Positions 22,012 to 38,835 of a DNA stretch of 64,000 nt are shown piece by piece; position 1 is the stretch's first letter, and each line of letters starts with the position of its first letter. The position numbers were made by a program, and so were the translations under genes. The stretch comes from Phaeosaccion multiseriatum (taxonomy: Eukaryota; Protista; Ochrophyta, other classes), in the NCBI GenBank assembly GCA_965112735.1, contig OZ218952.1, forward strand, positions 4,774,001-4,838,000. Reading direction: 5' to 3'. The notes below the pieces were generated by a model that did no database searches, was not told the origin of the DNA, and saw only the letters and a program-made list of their open reading frames with translations.

Positions 22012-25000
22012 ATGAAATTGTGGACGAGCAGCACCAGCGCCGGTAGTAAGGGCCAGCCCGGCAGCAATTCCAGAATCACTAGTGAGAGCTCGAGTGGGCT
22101 AGGCATCCCCGAGGCACCGTCGGGTGGGGAAGCATCAGCAGCAGCAGCAGCAACAGCAGGAGGAGCAGGAAGAGCAGGAGAAGGGGAAATCCAGCACCAG
22201 CAGCAGCAGCAGCAGCACCAGCAGCTGACCATAGCGCCAGTGGATGAGGAGGGGGCGTCTGATGCTGCGCCACCCGCCGTTCCTGCTGCAGCTGCGGCTG
22301 CAGCCCCGCCTCCCGCGGGCCCTCTCCCCTCGGGAGGGTCCATACGAAGCAGATTCGGCCTGGCCAAGTCGCAGTCGTCACACGGCCAGGGCCATGGCCA
22401 GGAGTCGCTCGCATCGGCGGGGGGTGCAGGGCCGGCACCAACTGGAGGTGAGTTGGTACCAAGGGGCTCGGTCGAGGGGCTGGGCTGTGCTGTGCTGGGT
22501 GGGTGGGTATGGGGTCTAGCTGGGGCTGGTGGGGCTGGCTACGGCAACATTTTCACTGCTGGAGGGACTGCCCCCGGGCGTGCTAATGGAGGGAGAGAGA
22601 GGGACAAAAGGAGAGGGTATGCGTCTGTCACACCTGCCTCACGTGGCATGACAGGAGGCCACAGGCCCGTGGCCTCCTTCCCTTGGTCAGACAGTTCAGG
22701 GAGGGGGAAGTATGAAAAGGAGGTCCTTCACTCCGGAGGACGTCTTCGCTGACCGCAGGTGTCGGCAAGGATAACCATTTTCTCTAGCCAGCCTAACCCA
22801 ACGCATCTGCATATGCGTGCATCCACCTCCCCCCCCGTGTGGCTCGCACCACATCCTCTGACTGACTGACTTGCTGACCTGTGACAGACGCGAGCACGAA
22901 CTCCTCCTTCCAGCGCTTCAAAAGCTCAATCAGGAACCTCGGCGGGTCTCATAGGAGCCAAAGGAGCAACAGCAACAGTAGTAGCAGTAGCAGCAGCAGT
23001 AGCATGGCAGCAGAAGCAGCAGCAGTGGTTGGTGATACCGCGGCGGCGACCGGCAGCAGCACCACCCCCCCCACTGCTCTGACCACACCCACGCCTACAC
23101 GGAGCGGTGCCCCCGCGGTCGTGAAGCGCGTGCGAAGGACGGGTCCCAGGGAGTATGTACACAGTTGGGAGACGTTCACCATCGATGGGAAGGCGGAGCT
23201 TGCCAAAGTGTGGGCCCCGTGCGAAGCTCAAGGGGGGGGCGATTCAACCGCCAAGGTGGAGCACGGCGGAGCCAAGCCTATGGATATCAGCGATGACGTC
23301 GGTAAGTGAGGGGGGGGGGGGTGACTTGGGCATCATTAGCTTGGAGACAGAGCCACAAGCAGGATGAGGAGGGCGCAGGAAGAGAAGCATCCGCGGGGAG
23401 GAAGCCCGAGGGTGAGGGGAGGGGCAGGGGGGTGTCAGGACACAGCTGCAGAGGGAAGGGGCCAGGGCGATCCCTTGAGAGGCTCAGCTATGGTGTTTGG
23501 GTGTGCTTGGTGCTTGGGGGTGTTTAGGGGCTCTCCGTCTGAGCTGAGTGAGCTCCTTCTCTCACCTGGAGGGAAGGAGAGGGCCTAGACAGACCTCTCG
23601 AGCATTCATTCCGTTGCGATTGTTCATTCCGTTGCTTGTCCCCACCGCGATGCGTATCAGAAGAGAAGTCTGAGCAGGAGCCGCCCCCCGCCTATTTCAG
23701 CCACAAGGGGGCTGTGGACATGAAAGTTTGCGCGTCGGCCAAGACGCATATCGGAGGAGCCAATGAGAACCAGGTGGGTAGTATGTCAATGGGTGGGTAG
23801 GTGTGTGGGTAGGTGGGTGGGTGGGTAGGTGGGTGGGTAGGTGGGTGGGTGGGTGGGTGAGTGGGTGGGTGGGTGGTGGGTTCGCAGGTGGGTTGGATGA
23901 GTCGGATAGTGGGTGCCAGTCCCTCTGTGCTGTGGAGCAATGTGCTCATGCCCAACGGCCAACGATTTGCAGAGAAGAGAAGGTCCCCCTTACAGTCCTG
24001 GAGGCTCCAGCGTCGGAGGGGAAGAGAGCAGAGAGAAGCTTGGCATGTTGGTTGTTCGTGGATTCGGGGGCGTTAGGGCCGCAGGCGGGAGGGGAGGAAG
24101 AGACGATGGAATGGCGGGCAATTTACGCATCTTTCGCACAAGGCTCCATTTTTTCTTCTTCACGGCCAGGGAGGGAAGGAAGAATGGTAGCAAGAGAGGG
24201 GAGGAAAGATGTCAGTGGATGGTCAGCCCCCCCCCCAAGACTCCAAGAGCGTGACCGACGCGTACTGCTTCATCCTTGTGCTTACCCCTCCACCCCTTCA
24301 TCTTCGCATGCTCTCCCTTCCCTTTCCTTTTCCTTCTTTTCCTTTCAGGATGATTTCTTCCTCTGGAAGCCCTGCTACTCTGAAAGCAGCAGTGGTGGCA
24401 GCAGCAGCAGCAGCAGTGGTGGCAGCTTCGTACTCTGTGTTCTCGACGGCCACGGCCGGGACGTGGGGAAGCTTGCGTCAAAGGCGACGAAAGACAGCAT
24501 GATGGACTGGCTCGAGGAGCACTGGGAGGAGGTGGTGAGGGACCCCGCAGAGGCAATGAAGGCAATGTTCTTCTACGTGAGTGGCAGGAGGAGAGAAGGG
24601 CGCTGGCAGCAGCCGCCAATCAAGGACAGGGGTAGAAGGAGGTGCTATCAATAGCCTCAGTCAAGGACAGGGGGGGGGAGAAGACGGGGGTGCCAGGTCA
24701 GACAGGAGCAGTGGGGACTGGTGTCAGGACGCAGAGGCTGTGCGAGTGGGATGGTGTCATGTGCGTGCACCACTGATGCGAGTGAGCGCATCCGCCGCGG
24801 CGTGTGTGTCGCCGCATCACGGTCGTTTCCTTCCTTTTGTTTGCGGAGCATGTGTAGGGCGGTCACGGCCCCTGCAGGGAGTGTTCAGCCCCCCCCCCCG
24901 GCCCGATTTGACCCCACACCGAGGGAGGGAGGGAGGGAGGAAGGAATGACTAGTATCATGGGCAAAGCGCCGTCTGCTCATCCCTTCTTCCCTCCTTGCT

Positions 25001-27710
25001 GGTTTCTCGTCTTGCTTGGTCGATTCTTCCTCTGCCTGCCTGGCCTCGTACACGCGCACACAACACACACACCTCAGGCCCACACGCAGCTCCTGCATCG
25101 CTTCAAGGAGCACATGACGTCGAGCAAATGGTCGGTGGATGTCGTGGAGGGCAACAGCAGAAGCCGCAGCGGCGGCGGCGGCAAGCTAAGCAGCATGCTC
25201 GGCGGCCATAGCAGCAGTTTGGCAAGCATCAAGGGCAATAGAAGCAGGAGTAACAGCGCGGCAAGCAGCAACGACCCCGGCAACATCGGTTACATCGTCA
25301 AGAAGCGCGCCGGAGCCGGCAACACCGCGCAGTGGTCGTGTGTGCATGGAGGCACCAGCGCGTCGGTGATTGTGCACATTGCGGGGAGCGGCAAGCTAGT
25401 CGTCGCCAACGGTGGGTCCCAAGTGATGGGGAGGAGAGAGCCGGGGTTAGGGTTAGAGGGTTGTTAGGGTCTCCGAGTCGGAGTCTGGTGCGGACGGTGT
25501 CGAGGCTAAAGCATTCTTCCCTCGCCTTCAAGTCCCTCTTCCCCTCCCTTCCTTCACCGCATCCATCGTTCGCTTTCCCTTGCCTCCTTCCCTTCTCTCT
25601 CGTGCCCCGCCCCTCTTCGGACTGGCGCCATGTGCTCCTCTCCTCTCCAGTGGGGGACAGCGACTGCCTCGTTGCCGTGTGAGTACTCTGATAGACATGC
25701 ACGTGCTCGTTGCTATGTCGCTCGCTCCGTTGCTGTCAACGGAAGTATCATTTTGTCTGTGGAGAGAGGATAGGAGGGAGAGCAGAGGGAGGGGGGGTGC
25801 GGCGCCGCGCTGTGCAAGAGGTGCTTGTGTTGTGTTGTGTTGTGTTGTGTTGTGACACTCATGCCTGCCTTGCCACGACTGCACACGTTTCGGCGGGGGA
25901 GCCTTGTGGATTGCTCTAAACCGTCCCTCCCCCCTCCGCCCCCCGGCCACCTCCACCCCACTCCTCACGCCCCCCTGTCTTCCTTCCTCCCTCCCCCCTC
26001 TCTTCCTTCCTCCCTCTCCCCTCTCTACCCCCCTTCCTCCCCCCTCTCAGCAAGGGCCGTGAGCTGAGAGCGACCGACCTCATTCAGATGGGCGCCTCCG
26101 CGTGTTGGCCAGGCTGTGGTGGCGCCATCAAGCCCCCCCCCAGCGGCGGCACGGTGCACTCCCCTCATGTCGAGCCGCAGCCCGCCTCTTCCTCCTTGCC
26201 CTCGTGCGTGGTGGTCACAGCCGAGCACTCCCCGGAGAGCGCGAGGGAGTTTGTGAGGATGCGCACGTCCCACCCCAGCCCTAAGAGCCCCATGGAGCCC
26301 GAGTGAGTGCCTTGCCTTGTGCCTTGCCTTATGCCTTGCCTTGTGCCTTGCCTTGTGCCTTGCCTTGTGCCTTGCCTTGTGCCTTGCCTTATGCCTTGCC
26401 ATATGCCTTGCCTTATGCCTTGCCTTATGCCTTGCCTTATGCCTTGCCTTATGCCTTGCCTTATGCCTTGCCTTATGCCCTGTCTGCTCGAGTGAGCGCC
26501 TTGAGTGAGTGCCTTGCCTTATGCTTTGTCTGCTCGCGCTGTCTCTTCCCCCTCACTCACCCACTCACACACACACGTATGAACACATACACCACTCCCG
26601 CGTCCTCCTCACCTCCTCACCTCCTTAGGCTGCTTGTGGTCTACGATGCGCTCACCCCGTACAAGATGAAGTGCTCCCCGTGCTTCCGTGTGGAGCCCGA
26701 CGGAGCGCCGCGAGTGACCAAGGAGGGCAAGTATTTTAAGAATGTGAGGAAGGAGTGGGCCTCGCTCGTGGCCACGCCTGCCAAGGCAAGGTTTCAGGAC
26801 GCGCTGGCATTCACCAGGTGAGGAAGGCATGGAGAGCTCTGCGGGCATCGTACCTGCCGACCAACGCACGTCCATGCACACTGCCGTACACTGCCATGCG
26901 CTGAGGGGGGGCTGCAGCAAGTATATCAACCAACCCTCCCCCCTCCCTCCCTCCCTCCCTCTCCCTCCTAGGAGCATCGGCGACTACCACCTGCAGACGT
27001 ACGGAGTGAGCCACGTGCCCGACGTGCAGGAGCTCGACCTCGCGGACTTGTTGCATAGGCCGCAGCTCTTGGGCGGCCCGGTGGGGGACGAGCTGAGGTG
27101 CTGCATCGCGCTTTGCAGTGACGGAGTGTGGGACAATTGGGAGTACCAACACGTGGGGGCCTATGTCATGAAGCGGGAGAGGCTCGAAGAGGTGCGTAGA
27201 GCGGGGGAGGGGACGGCGCACAGGAGGAGAGGTTGTGGATGGGACTCGATTGGGAGTGTGGCAGAGACAGCGCCGAGGACGGTGGATTTGATTTGTGCTC
27301 ACCCGCTCTCCCTCTCTCTCTCGCTCCCCACGGGTCATGACCGCCCCCTGGGGAGAGTGGTACGAAATAATATATAAGGCCGCGGTAGGTTGGACATGCG
27401 GTGAAATTGCGTCTTCAGGAGGAGCTCTCGTTGCCTCCGCTGCCTCCCATACTCCCCTCCCTTGACTTGCGCCGTCTTGCTTGGTCCTGGGCCTTTCGCC
27501 TCTCTCCTCTCTGGGCAGGTCAAGAGCAAGGGATCAGGCGTGCAACAGAGCTGCGCACATTTCATGAAGGAGAACACCAAGAGGGGCTCGTCCAACTTCG
27601 GCAGTCAGGCCGACAATGCCACCACAGTTCTGTGCTACCTCACCGTCACTGCCAATGGCGGTGGCCCCACGCATGCAGAGGGGCATGTGAGTGCTGAGGG
27701 GCCTCTATAG
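22012..27710 (+). CDS. PP2C/PPM-family protein phosphatase, about 10 exons, long low-complexity N-terminus
   Basis: Spliced motifs ENQ|DDFF, VLDGHG, HGGTSAS, VAN|VGDSDC (about 29-bp micro-exon at 25650), TAEHSP, LAFTR|SIGD, LCSDGVWDN and QADNAT. Confidence 0.9.
26307..26480. repeat. Intronic 12-bp minisatellite (TGCCTTGCCTT[A/G])n
   Basis: About 14 copies directly after the GTGAGT donor. Confidence 0.9.
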
Positions 27711-27975
27711 CCCAGCGGGTGGGGAGCGGCTTCCGTGCCAAGCCGGCATGTAGAGGGGGGGCGGCCAGGGGCCAAGCAGGGGGGGGGGGCAACGATGTGT
27801 TTCACCACCCTTTCCATTTTAGACACGCACTCGGGTTTGTCGGGTTTTGTACATCCATCATATTTAGGGTCAGTTACCCATCATATTTAGGGTCAGTTAC
27901 ATTGGGGAGAGCGCAGCACATGACATCATCGGGTAGAGTGAGGGGGGTATCGAGCTCGACAAGATCACAGAGGGT

Positions 27976-28304
27976 TCAACACACAAGGCTCTTCTCTCTG
28001 TTGCCAGGGGGCGCCTCCTCAAGCTCACGTTCCGCATCGAGGTCAGAGTCACCGCCCCCCCCACTCTCCAAGTGGTCGAGTTGGCTGAGAAGGGCGTCGA
28101 GGTCGCTGGTGAAGGCCTGCAGACTCCCTGCCATTTCGCAGGCATCACACGCGTCCAGCCCGAGGCGGAGGCTGCTGCTGGCGTGGCTGGAGAGAGACGC
28201 GAAGACCGAGGCTGCGGCCTCTTGAGAGGGACTGCTGCTGACCGGCAAGATGCGTCTCTCTCGTGCTCCCTCTGCGGATGTGCTTTGCGCTCCGTCTCCT
28301 TCTC

Positions 28305-28349
<45 letters not shown>

Positions 28350-29817
28350 CTGCTGGTGGTGACGGCGAGGATGAAGCGTTGACCTCGCCCGTCGAACTCA
28401 ACGTCCCGCAAGAGGACGGGGCCCGCTCCTGTGGGAAGGCCTGTGGGAGGGGGCAGCTCCCAAGTAAATCCACCCTCTTCTCCTTGTCGTTGTGACACTC
28501 CGCCGTCGCCAGCAGGGACGCCTCGTGCACAGCCGCGGCCTGCAGCTCCGCCACACACGCGCCCACGCGCAGCCCCTCCAGCGCCTTGTTCTGCATCTGG
28601 TGCCTTCTCGAGAAAGAGAGGTGCTGCTGCTCGAGGTGGGTGGCCCTCTGCTTAGGAGCTGCCTCTCCGTCGTGCCCATATGCTTGCTGCTCCGGCTGCT
28701 GCTCCGGCTGCTCCTCCTCCTCCTGTTGCTCCTGCTGCGGCTGGACGTGTGTGCCATCATCTATGCCGGCTTCAGTCTCTATCTCCCCACTCGCTGCACG
28801 AGACCCTTGACCCCCACCCAAAGCACCAGCTTGACCACCAGGGCCGCAACTCCTCCTCTGTTGGTTGCTGATGAGAAGCCTTTGCAAGACCGAGAGCGGC
28901 GACGACGAGTTCCCTGCAGCCACCACAGCGCCGCTACAGCCCACACTCTCCGAGGAAGACGAGACGCTCCCAGCAGCTGCAGCAGCTTGCTGACTGACTT
29001 CATCGCTTAGGCTCGGGCCCAGCTCGAGTGCCTCAGAGGCTCGATCCTCCTCCTTCTCCTTCTCCTTCTCCTCCTCCTCCTCGTCGTCGTCGTCCTCATC
29101 CTCGTCGCTCGAGTCGTCGTGCTCGCCTTCCTCTAGCAGCAGCCTTCTAATGTCGGCTTCCTTCTTCTGCCTCTGCACTTGCCACTCGCGCAGAGCCCCC
29201 AGCGTGAGGTGAATGTCTTCCAACGCCCCCTGGCTCTCTCTCTGAATGTCGTGAAAACGACTCCAGTCCCCGCCCAGGGTGCGGGAAGCGTCTCGACCAC
29301 CAGTGCCACCCCCCTCCTCTCCTAAGACTGGTGGGGCGCATTGTATGTCTTGCTGCTCGTCGTCGCGCTGATTGGAGGAGCCCATCTCAGCGACCCCAAA
29401 GTCCTCGCCCTCCAGGATGTCATTGTTGTTCTTGCTGCCACCGCTGGGCTCATCTAATGAACGTGTCTCTACTAAAGCTATCTCAGCTCTTTCACTCGCC
29501 GTCGTCGTCGGCATCTCTGCCGTCGCCGCTTCTCCTGCGGCCCCTCCTCCTCCTCCTCCTCCTCCTCCTTCGCCCCGAGCACTTGTGCATCTCACTGCGG
29601 CAGCGCCCTCGAAATGAAAAGGCAAAACTCCCAGCTTTGCTCGGGGAGACATGAGCAAGTCCACATCATCATCCTCGTGTGTGTGAGGGCCTTCCTCGGC
29701 TTCACGCCCCCTCCTCCCTTGGCCGAACCCGCGTCCCGGGCTGCTGCTGTCGCCGCAAAGAACAGCCTCATCGATGGCACACGCTTCCGCCAGGCGCTGT
29801 CTCGGGGTGGACAACAT
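27976..29817 (-). CDS. Hypothetical acidic, low-complexity protein (single exon, about 613 aa)
   Basis: Long stop-free ORF. Likely start MLSTPRQRL at 29817; the upstream extension overlaps the divergent gene. No family recognised. Confidence 0.6.
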
Positions 29818-30121
29818 CTTCGTGCCCCATGCAGGCCATGTGGGGAGAAAAAAAAATGAGGGGAAGAGGAGATGGGCCGGAAGAATCAAAGGACGTAACC
29901 GCCACTCCAACGGATTGTCCAGGTCCATGATGTGCAGATGGGATTGCTGTAACAGGAAAGTAACGGGAGTGGGGGAGTGCAGGGCAGCAGCAGCAGCAGC
30001 AGCAGCAGCAGCCAAAGGACCCAGCCGGTGCGCCTCTTGCCGAAGCAAGCAAATAATAAAAATAAAGGGGAGCAGCAAGGGGGGGGGGGGTTGGGGGGGA
30101 GGGAGTAAAGACAAGGGAGCG

Positions 30122-33527
<3,406 letters not shown>

Positions 33528-35619
33528 TGCCATTTGGTGCCATTTGGTGCCATATAATGCAAGGGACGAGAAGGACGGAGCGAGGCCCGTCAAGGTCAAG
33601 GAGGATAGAGGTCTCGTCTCTCTCTCTCTCCCTACGCTCTCTTCGAGAGAAGAGGTGCGTTGGCGAGAGAGGAGGAGGAGGAGGAGGGAGCTTTGGTCAG
33701 GTGCATCCGCGGGGCAGCGGTGCATTTAGAGGCAACCAGGCAGCAGCAAGTCAACAAGACTCGCTTGGGGCATTGTATTGGATAGTAGAAAAAGAACCCC
33801 CCCCCCCCCGGAGCGGAAGATGTTATTCTTCGCCCTCGAGAGAGGGACGGAAGGAACACACCCTTCGCTGCTGATGGGCAAAACGCTGTGATGCCAAGTA
33901 GTGGAGGAGTAGTAGTAGCGTAGTGACGTCATTACTTTACTTTGAAGCCTTGCCAGAGATGGACCCCATTCGTCTTGGCAAGTCACGCCAAAATAGAAAG
34001 ATTCGCTAACCTCTCCCCTGACGACCATCAATGGAAAGGCGAAAGTCGCTCACCGTAAGCCCAGCCAGGACCCTGGCCCCTGTGTTGGATCAAGGAGCCT
34101 TCCCCACTCACTATTTGAGACAGTGCGTCTCTACTCTTGCGTGAGATTACCTCCGTGTCCAGTGCGGCCGACTGTGTGAGACCATCCACTACCATCCACT
34201 CCTCCTCCTCCTCCTCCACTCCTCTTCCTCTTCCTCGCATGGTGTACTAGACAAGAGCAGGGTCAACTTTTGGAAGAAGACGCCAGTCTTCCCCTGTTCG
34301 GGGCTCTTTCCCCATTCCTCTGCTTCCTTCCTCTGCGGGCCCGCCCTCCCGCCTTCCTCTTCCTTGGGCAGAGCTGAGTGACAAAGAGTGCTGCGGTGTT
34401 TCCCCCAACCCCCCATATGTCGGATGCTTGTTGTACCGCCAATTGGCGGATACTTGCACGACGCAGCCGGCAGGGACATGCGCTGGCCCAGGAGGGTGGC
34501 AGGAAGTGCCTCTTCGACGCTTCATCTGCCAGAGTCGCACGGCCTCTTGCCACCCCTGAATAGAGCGAGCAGACTCCCCCGCTGGCAGGCCACCAGGATG
34601 CCACCACACAACGGAGAGTACAAGAGCATGCTTTTCCGCCGCTTCTCCTGCTGCTGCAGCAGCAGCTGCATATGCAGTCCCAAAGGCAAAAAAAGGGGAG
34701 AGTTTTTCGGCGAAACCCAAGACCTCGACGTGAAGAGCGCCTAAATCAGTTCTCCTTCTACGGGACCGAGAACGGCAGAGCCCTCAAGAGCTCTCCCTTG
34801 TCGCAGTGTCTTTCCTCTCGGCCTTCGTTGCTGGCCTCCCACTCTCCTTATGCTCTCACTTGGTTGATTCCATCCCGAAAGGAGATCGGAGGGGACTTGA
34901 CTACTTCCCGCACAACTACCTTCGGTGCCGCGGGCGCTACGTGCACTCGGTAAGGGTCGATTTCCTTTGGGGACCTCCACTTTACGTCCCGCTTGCCCAG
35001 GTCTGCGCCAGGCGCAACAGGCGAGAGAGGGGACAAATAGCTCTTCTCTCCGTGTATCGTGTGTATCTTGTCCATAACTTGGAAGCTAACCATGACCTGC
35101 ACGTTCTCGTGGAAGGACTCTCGTTTCTCCATCTTCTCTGTTCTTCTTCTGCTCTGCTCTGCTCTGTGTATTTTTTGTTTTGGCAACCGCTGCATCCGGT
35201 GCGGTCAAGGCGATTGGTTCTCCACCGGAATGTGTGAGCTCGTAACTGCCTGGCTGCCTGGCTGGGCTGCTAGGGATGTTCATTCTCTCTTTTTGGTCCT
35301 ATTTGGGAGACAAAGCACGGCAAAGCTTGGCGGCACTCTGCTGGCGCCAACCGCGTCTTCGAGAAACCATGCGGTGACGCTGAACTTGCAAGATGTTGCC
35401 GCGAGGCGGGAGCTCTCTCGCTCCCGATCTCCCATTCGACCTCAGGCCACCATGACTGGGACTGACCGGGGATCTCCGGCCAGTACTGGCACTGGTGGGG
35501 GACTCGGCTTTGGTAGCTGTAAGTGTCTGGTGCCATCTGGCCTAATAGTCAATCTTACATGAACGGGAGAGTGGTAAGAGCTATTGGAGCGTCCGCCCCT
35601 CTCTCCTGCCCGCTCGGCC

Positions 35620-37363
35620 CTATGTGGCGCCGCCATCGAGAGTCATGAGCGTGCCGTACTGCTGAGGGCGCCGGTCGCGGAACAGTCCCCAACCTGCCCG
35701 ATCTATTCGCATGTCGTCGATCCGAAGCGTGGCCACTTTGAAGCCCTCCTCGTCCCTTCCCATCTGCTCCATAACCCCGCCCTTGTGGTCCGTGATGAAG
35801 CTGCTACCGTAGAAGTCGATGAAGGAGGCCGGAGGGCCGGAGAAGGCCTCCCTTCCTATTCTGTTGCTGGCAATCACAGGCACGAGGTTGGCAGCGGCGT
35901 GGCCCTGCATGACGCGCTGCCAGTGGGAGAGGCTGTCCAGAGAAGGGTCCTGCTTACCCGGAGGGGGGAGGGCGGAGGGTGGAGGAGGGGGGGAGGGAGG
36001 GGGGAGGCAAAGGTCGGCGGAGGAGCAGCGCAAACTTAGCGCAGCTTGCCTGCTATTCGGGGAAAGGTGCAAAACCTTGTTCATCGTTGATCGTTGATCG
36101 CTGTTGTGTTGTGTTGTGTTGTGTTCCGCGGCGCATGAGGGGAGCCAAGTGACGGGCAGAGCAGACCAATTTATGCTTCTGCACACGTGCAAACACGGAC
36201 ACGCACACATGCGCACAAGAACAAAGACAAAAACACGTGCACGCGCACACACAAATGCACAGCGCACAGCCGCCTGTGCTGTACCTGTGGTTCCGAGCCA
36301 ATGGCAGTGGGGTACAGCAGCATGTCGGCCCCCTGCAGCGCCATGGCACGAGCCGCCTCCGGAAACCACTGGTCCCAACACACTGCGCACCCCACCCTCC
36401 CGAAGCGCGTGCTCCACACCTTGAAGCCCGTGTCGCCGGGGCTGAAGTAGAACTTCTCCTGGTAGCCCTGAGGAGAGAGGGCGGGGAGGGGACAGGGGGA
36501 TCAAGACGATCAAGACGATCAAGACGATCAAGACGAGTAGTGTGCAAAGCATATGCAGGGGGCTGGTGGGTCCGCGACGAAGCAATGGCCAAGGGGTGGG
36601 AGGGAGATGACTGGCCCCGGCCGTGATGTCAGGATGGGAACGACGGCGTCACAAAAGCCAATGAGGGAGGGAGGGAGGGAGGGAGGGAGGGGGTCACGTA
36701 GGGGCTGGTCAGGGGATGAGCACCAAGGTCAGGCTCAGGCTCATCAAGCTCAGGGTCGCAGAACACGTGAGCGAGCAGTGCCCTCTTTTGAGGGCACAAC
36801 GCACCGGCCCGTCCGGGATGTGCGACTTCCTGTAGAGGCCCAGCTTGGTCCCGTCCGCGTCGATCATGCAGAGGCTGTTGAAGAAGGCGTTGTTGGCCCT
36901 CTCGAAGAAGCTCACTGGAATCACCACTCTGCACGACAAGGGCAGACGGAGGGGTTGGGGGGGGGGGGAATGAGTGAGTAGAGCAAAAAAAGCTTCATTG
37001 CGCAGGTCCAAAGGCCTCTCTCTTCTTGTTAAACAGGTGGGCAGTATCCCTCTCATTCGAGGTCATCACCAGCACGCACCCGAGCTCCTTCGCGAGCGAA
37101 GACATTCTGTCCAAAAGAGGGCAGTCATTGTAGGGCTGGGCCCGCGCGAAGTGCTCTTGCTTCTGCTCTTGGCACCAGTACTCTCCACTGAACAGCTCCT
37201 GCAGTAAGATGACTTGGGCGCCGGCTGCACTCGCTCGCCGCACCAGCTCCTCCGCCTTGGCTTCGTTGACCTTGGTGTCGCCGGAGCAGCGCATCTGCGT
37301 GCAGGCAACGCACACTGTCGCGGTGGGGCTAGAGGAGGACTCTGAGCCGGAAGCTGTGGCCAT
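35620..37363 (-). CDS. aguB: N-carbamoylputrescine amidase (nitrilase superfamily), 4 exons
   Basis: Glu-Lys-Cys triad in LLQELF, YRKSHIPDGP|GYQEKFYFSPGDTGFKV and VCWDQWFPEAARAMALQGA. Also YPTAIGSEPQ, HWQRVMQGHAAAN and WGLFRDRRP. Confidence 0.95.
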
Positions 37364-37470
37364 ATTCAGACGGTGTGATTTAGGGCAACTTGTGATTTAG
37401 GGCTGGTTGGGAAGTTGATGCTCCAATCAGGCCAGCTGTGAGCTCCACAACCAGACAGTCCGCGCTGCGA

Positions 37471-38835
37471 ATGATGGCTTCGCTGCTGCGTCCCCTGGTT
37501 GCTGTGGCTCCACGAACGGCCTTGGCAAGGGCCTGCGGTGGTAGTAATAGTGGCGCGCGCTGCCTGTCTCTCCTAGTGTGTAGTGGCGGAGACGGCGGAG
37601 GTGGAGAAGTGTTGGGGCGGGGTAAGCACCAGCAGCAGCGGTGGTTGGCAACTGCAGTGCCCGGAACCGCGGCGCATGGGGTGAAGAACTGGGGCCATGT
37701 AAGAGACGTGCGTCAGGAGTATGGAGTAGCTCAGCCCGAACCAGCGGGAGGAGAGGGAGCAGCAGGAACAGGAGCAGCCGAGGCAGGAAAAGGAGGAGGG
37801 GCTGCGCGGAGAGTGGTGCGGCGTCCCAAGGCGACCAAAGGTCACACGACCACCATGATCCAAAGAACAAGGAGCGTGGACCAGGAGGGGGCAGCGGTGC
37901 AGGACAAGAAGAGCCAGGAGAAGGCCGAAGACAATACATCGTACTGGGCACCGGTGCGCATGACAGACGAGGCCTTCGACAAGGTGTTCCAGGAGGAGCT
38001 GGACCGCGTGGAGGCGAGCGTGCAGGATATGGCTGAGATGAACGAGGTGTTCACCATCAAGAGGAACAGGACAGAGCTCAAGATAGACCTCGGTGAGCGG
38101 AGGATGGTTGCCGAGAAGCAGTGGCCGGGGCTGGGCTCGAGCGAGTGGGGATCAGTGTGTATGTGTGTATGTATGTGTGTGTGTATGTGTGCATGTGTGT
38201 GTGTATGTGTGTGTGTGTGTAAGTATGTGCTTGTGCGTGTGAAGAGACAAGAGACAGATGCAACCTATTGGGTCGTCCAGAATGTGTTCCGCCCCATCAT
38301 CTGTGACTTTCCTCCGATCTGATGAGTTGCCACCCCCCCCACTCTCCGCTTCCAGGCTCCGAGTTCGGCCCCTATCGGTTCAAGATCGACCCTTGGAATC
38401 AGGTCATCCGCTTCTCGTCGCCCAGGTGAGTCAGATGCACGCGAGGAGGGAAAGCGGGCCCTCGCTCTGTCAGGTCTGCCCCCGCCCCTTCTTCCGCAGC
38501 CAAAGAGCCAACCTTCCATGACCAAGAACCAACCTTCCATGACCAAAGAGCCAACATTCCATGACCAAAGAACCAATGGCGTTATTTTGGGACTGCGCTG
38601 TGCTGCTCTGAATTATTTTGTAACGACCTTTGTAACGAACTGAGTATCGTCATCTGGTTCTGCTTCTGCTCTGCTGCTGCCCCATGAATTCCCCCTCAGA
38701 TCCGGAGGGCTGTTCCCATACAACTACCACCAGGAGACCAAAACGTGGAGGCACCACCTCGACGGGCACGACATGGAGGGGATGCTCGTCAGAGACCTTC
38801 TCTACGAGGCCATGGGCTGCCCCACCTTCAAGTAG
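37471..38835 (+). CDS. Frataxin/CyaY-like protein with a mitochondrial-type presequence, 3 exons
   Basis: Arg/Ala-rich leader. Acidic helix MTDEAFDKVFQEELDRVE, then LKIDLG|SEFGPYRFKIDPWNQVIRFSSP|RSGGLFPYNY...W....DGHDMEGMLVRDL. Confidence 0.75.
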
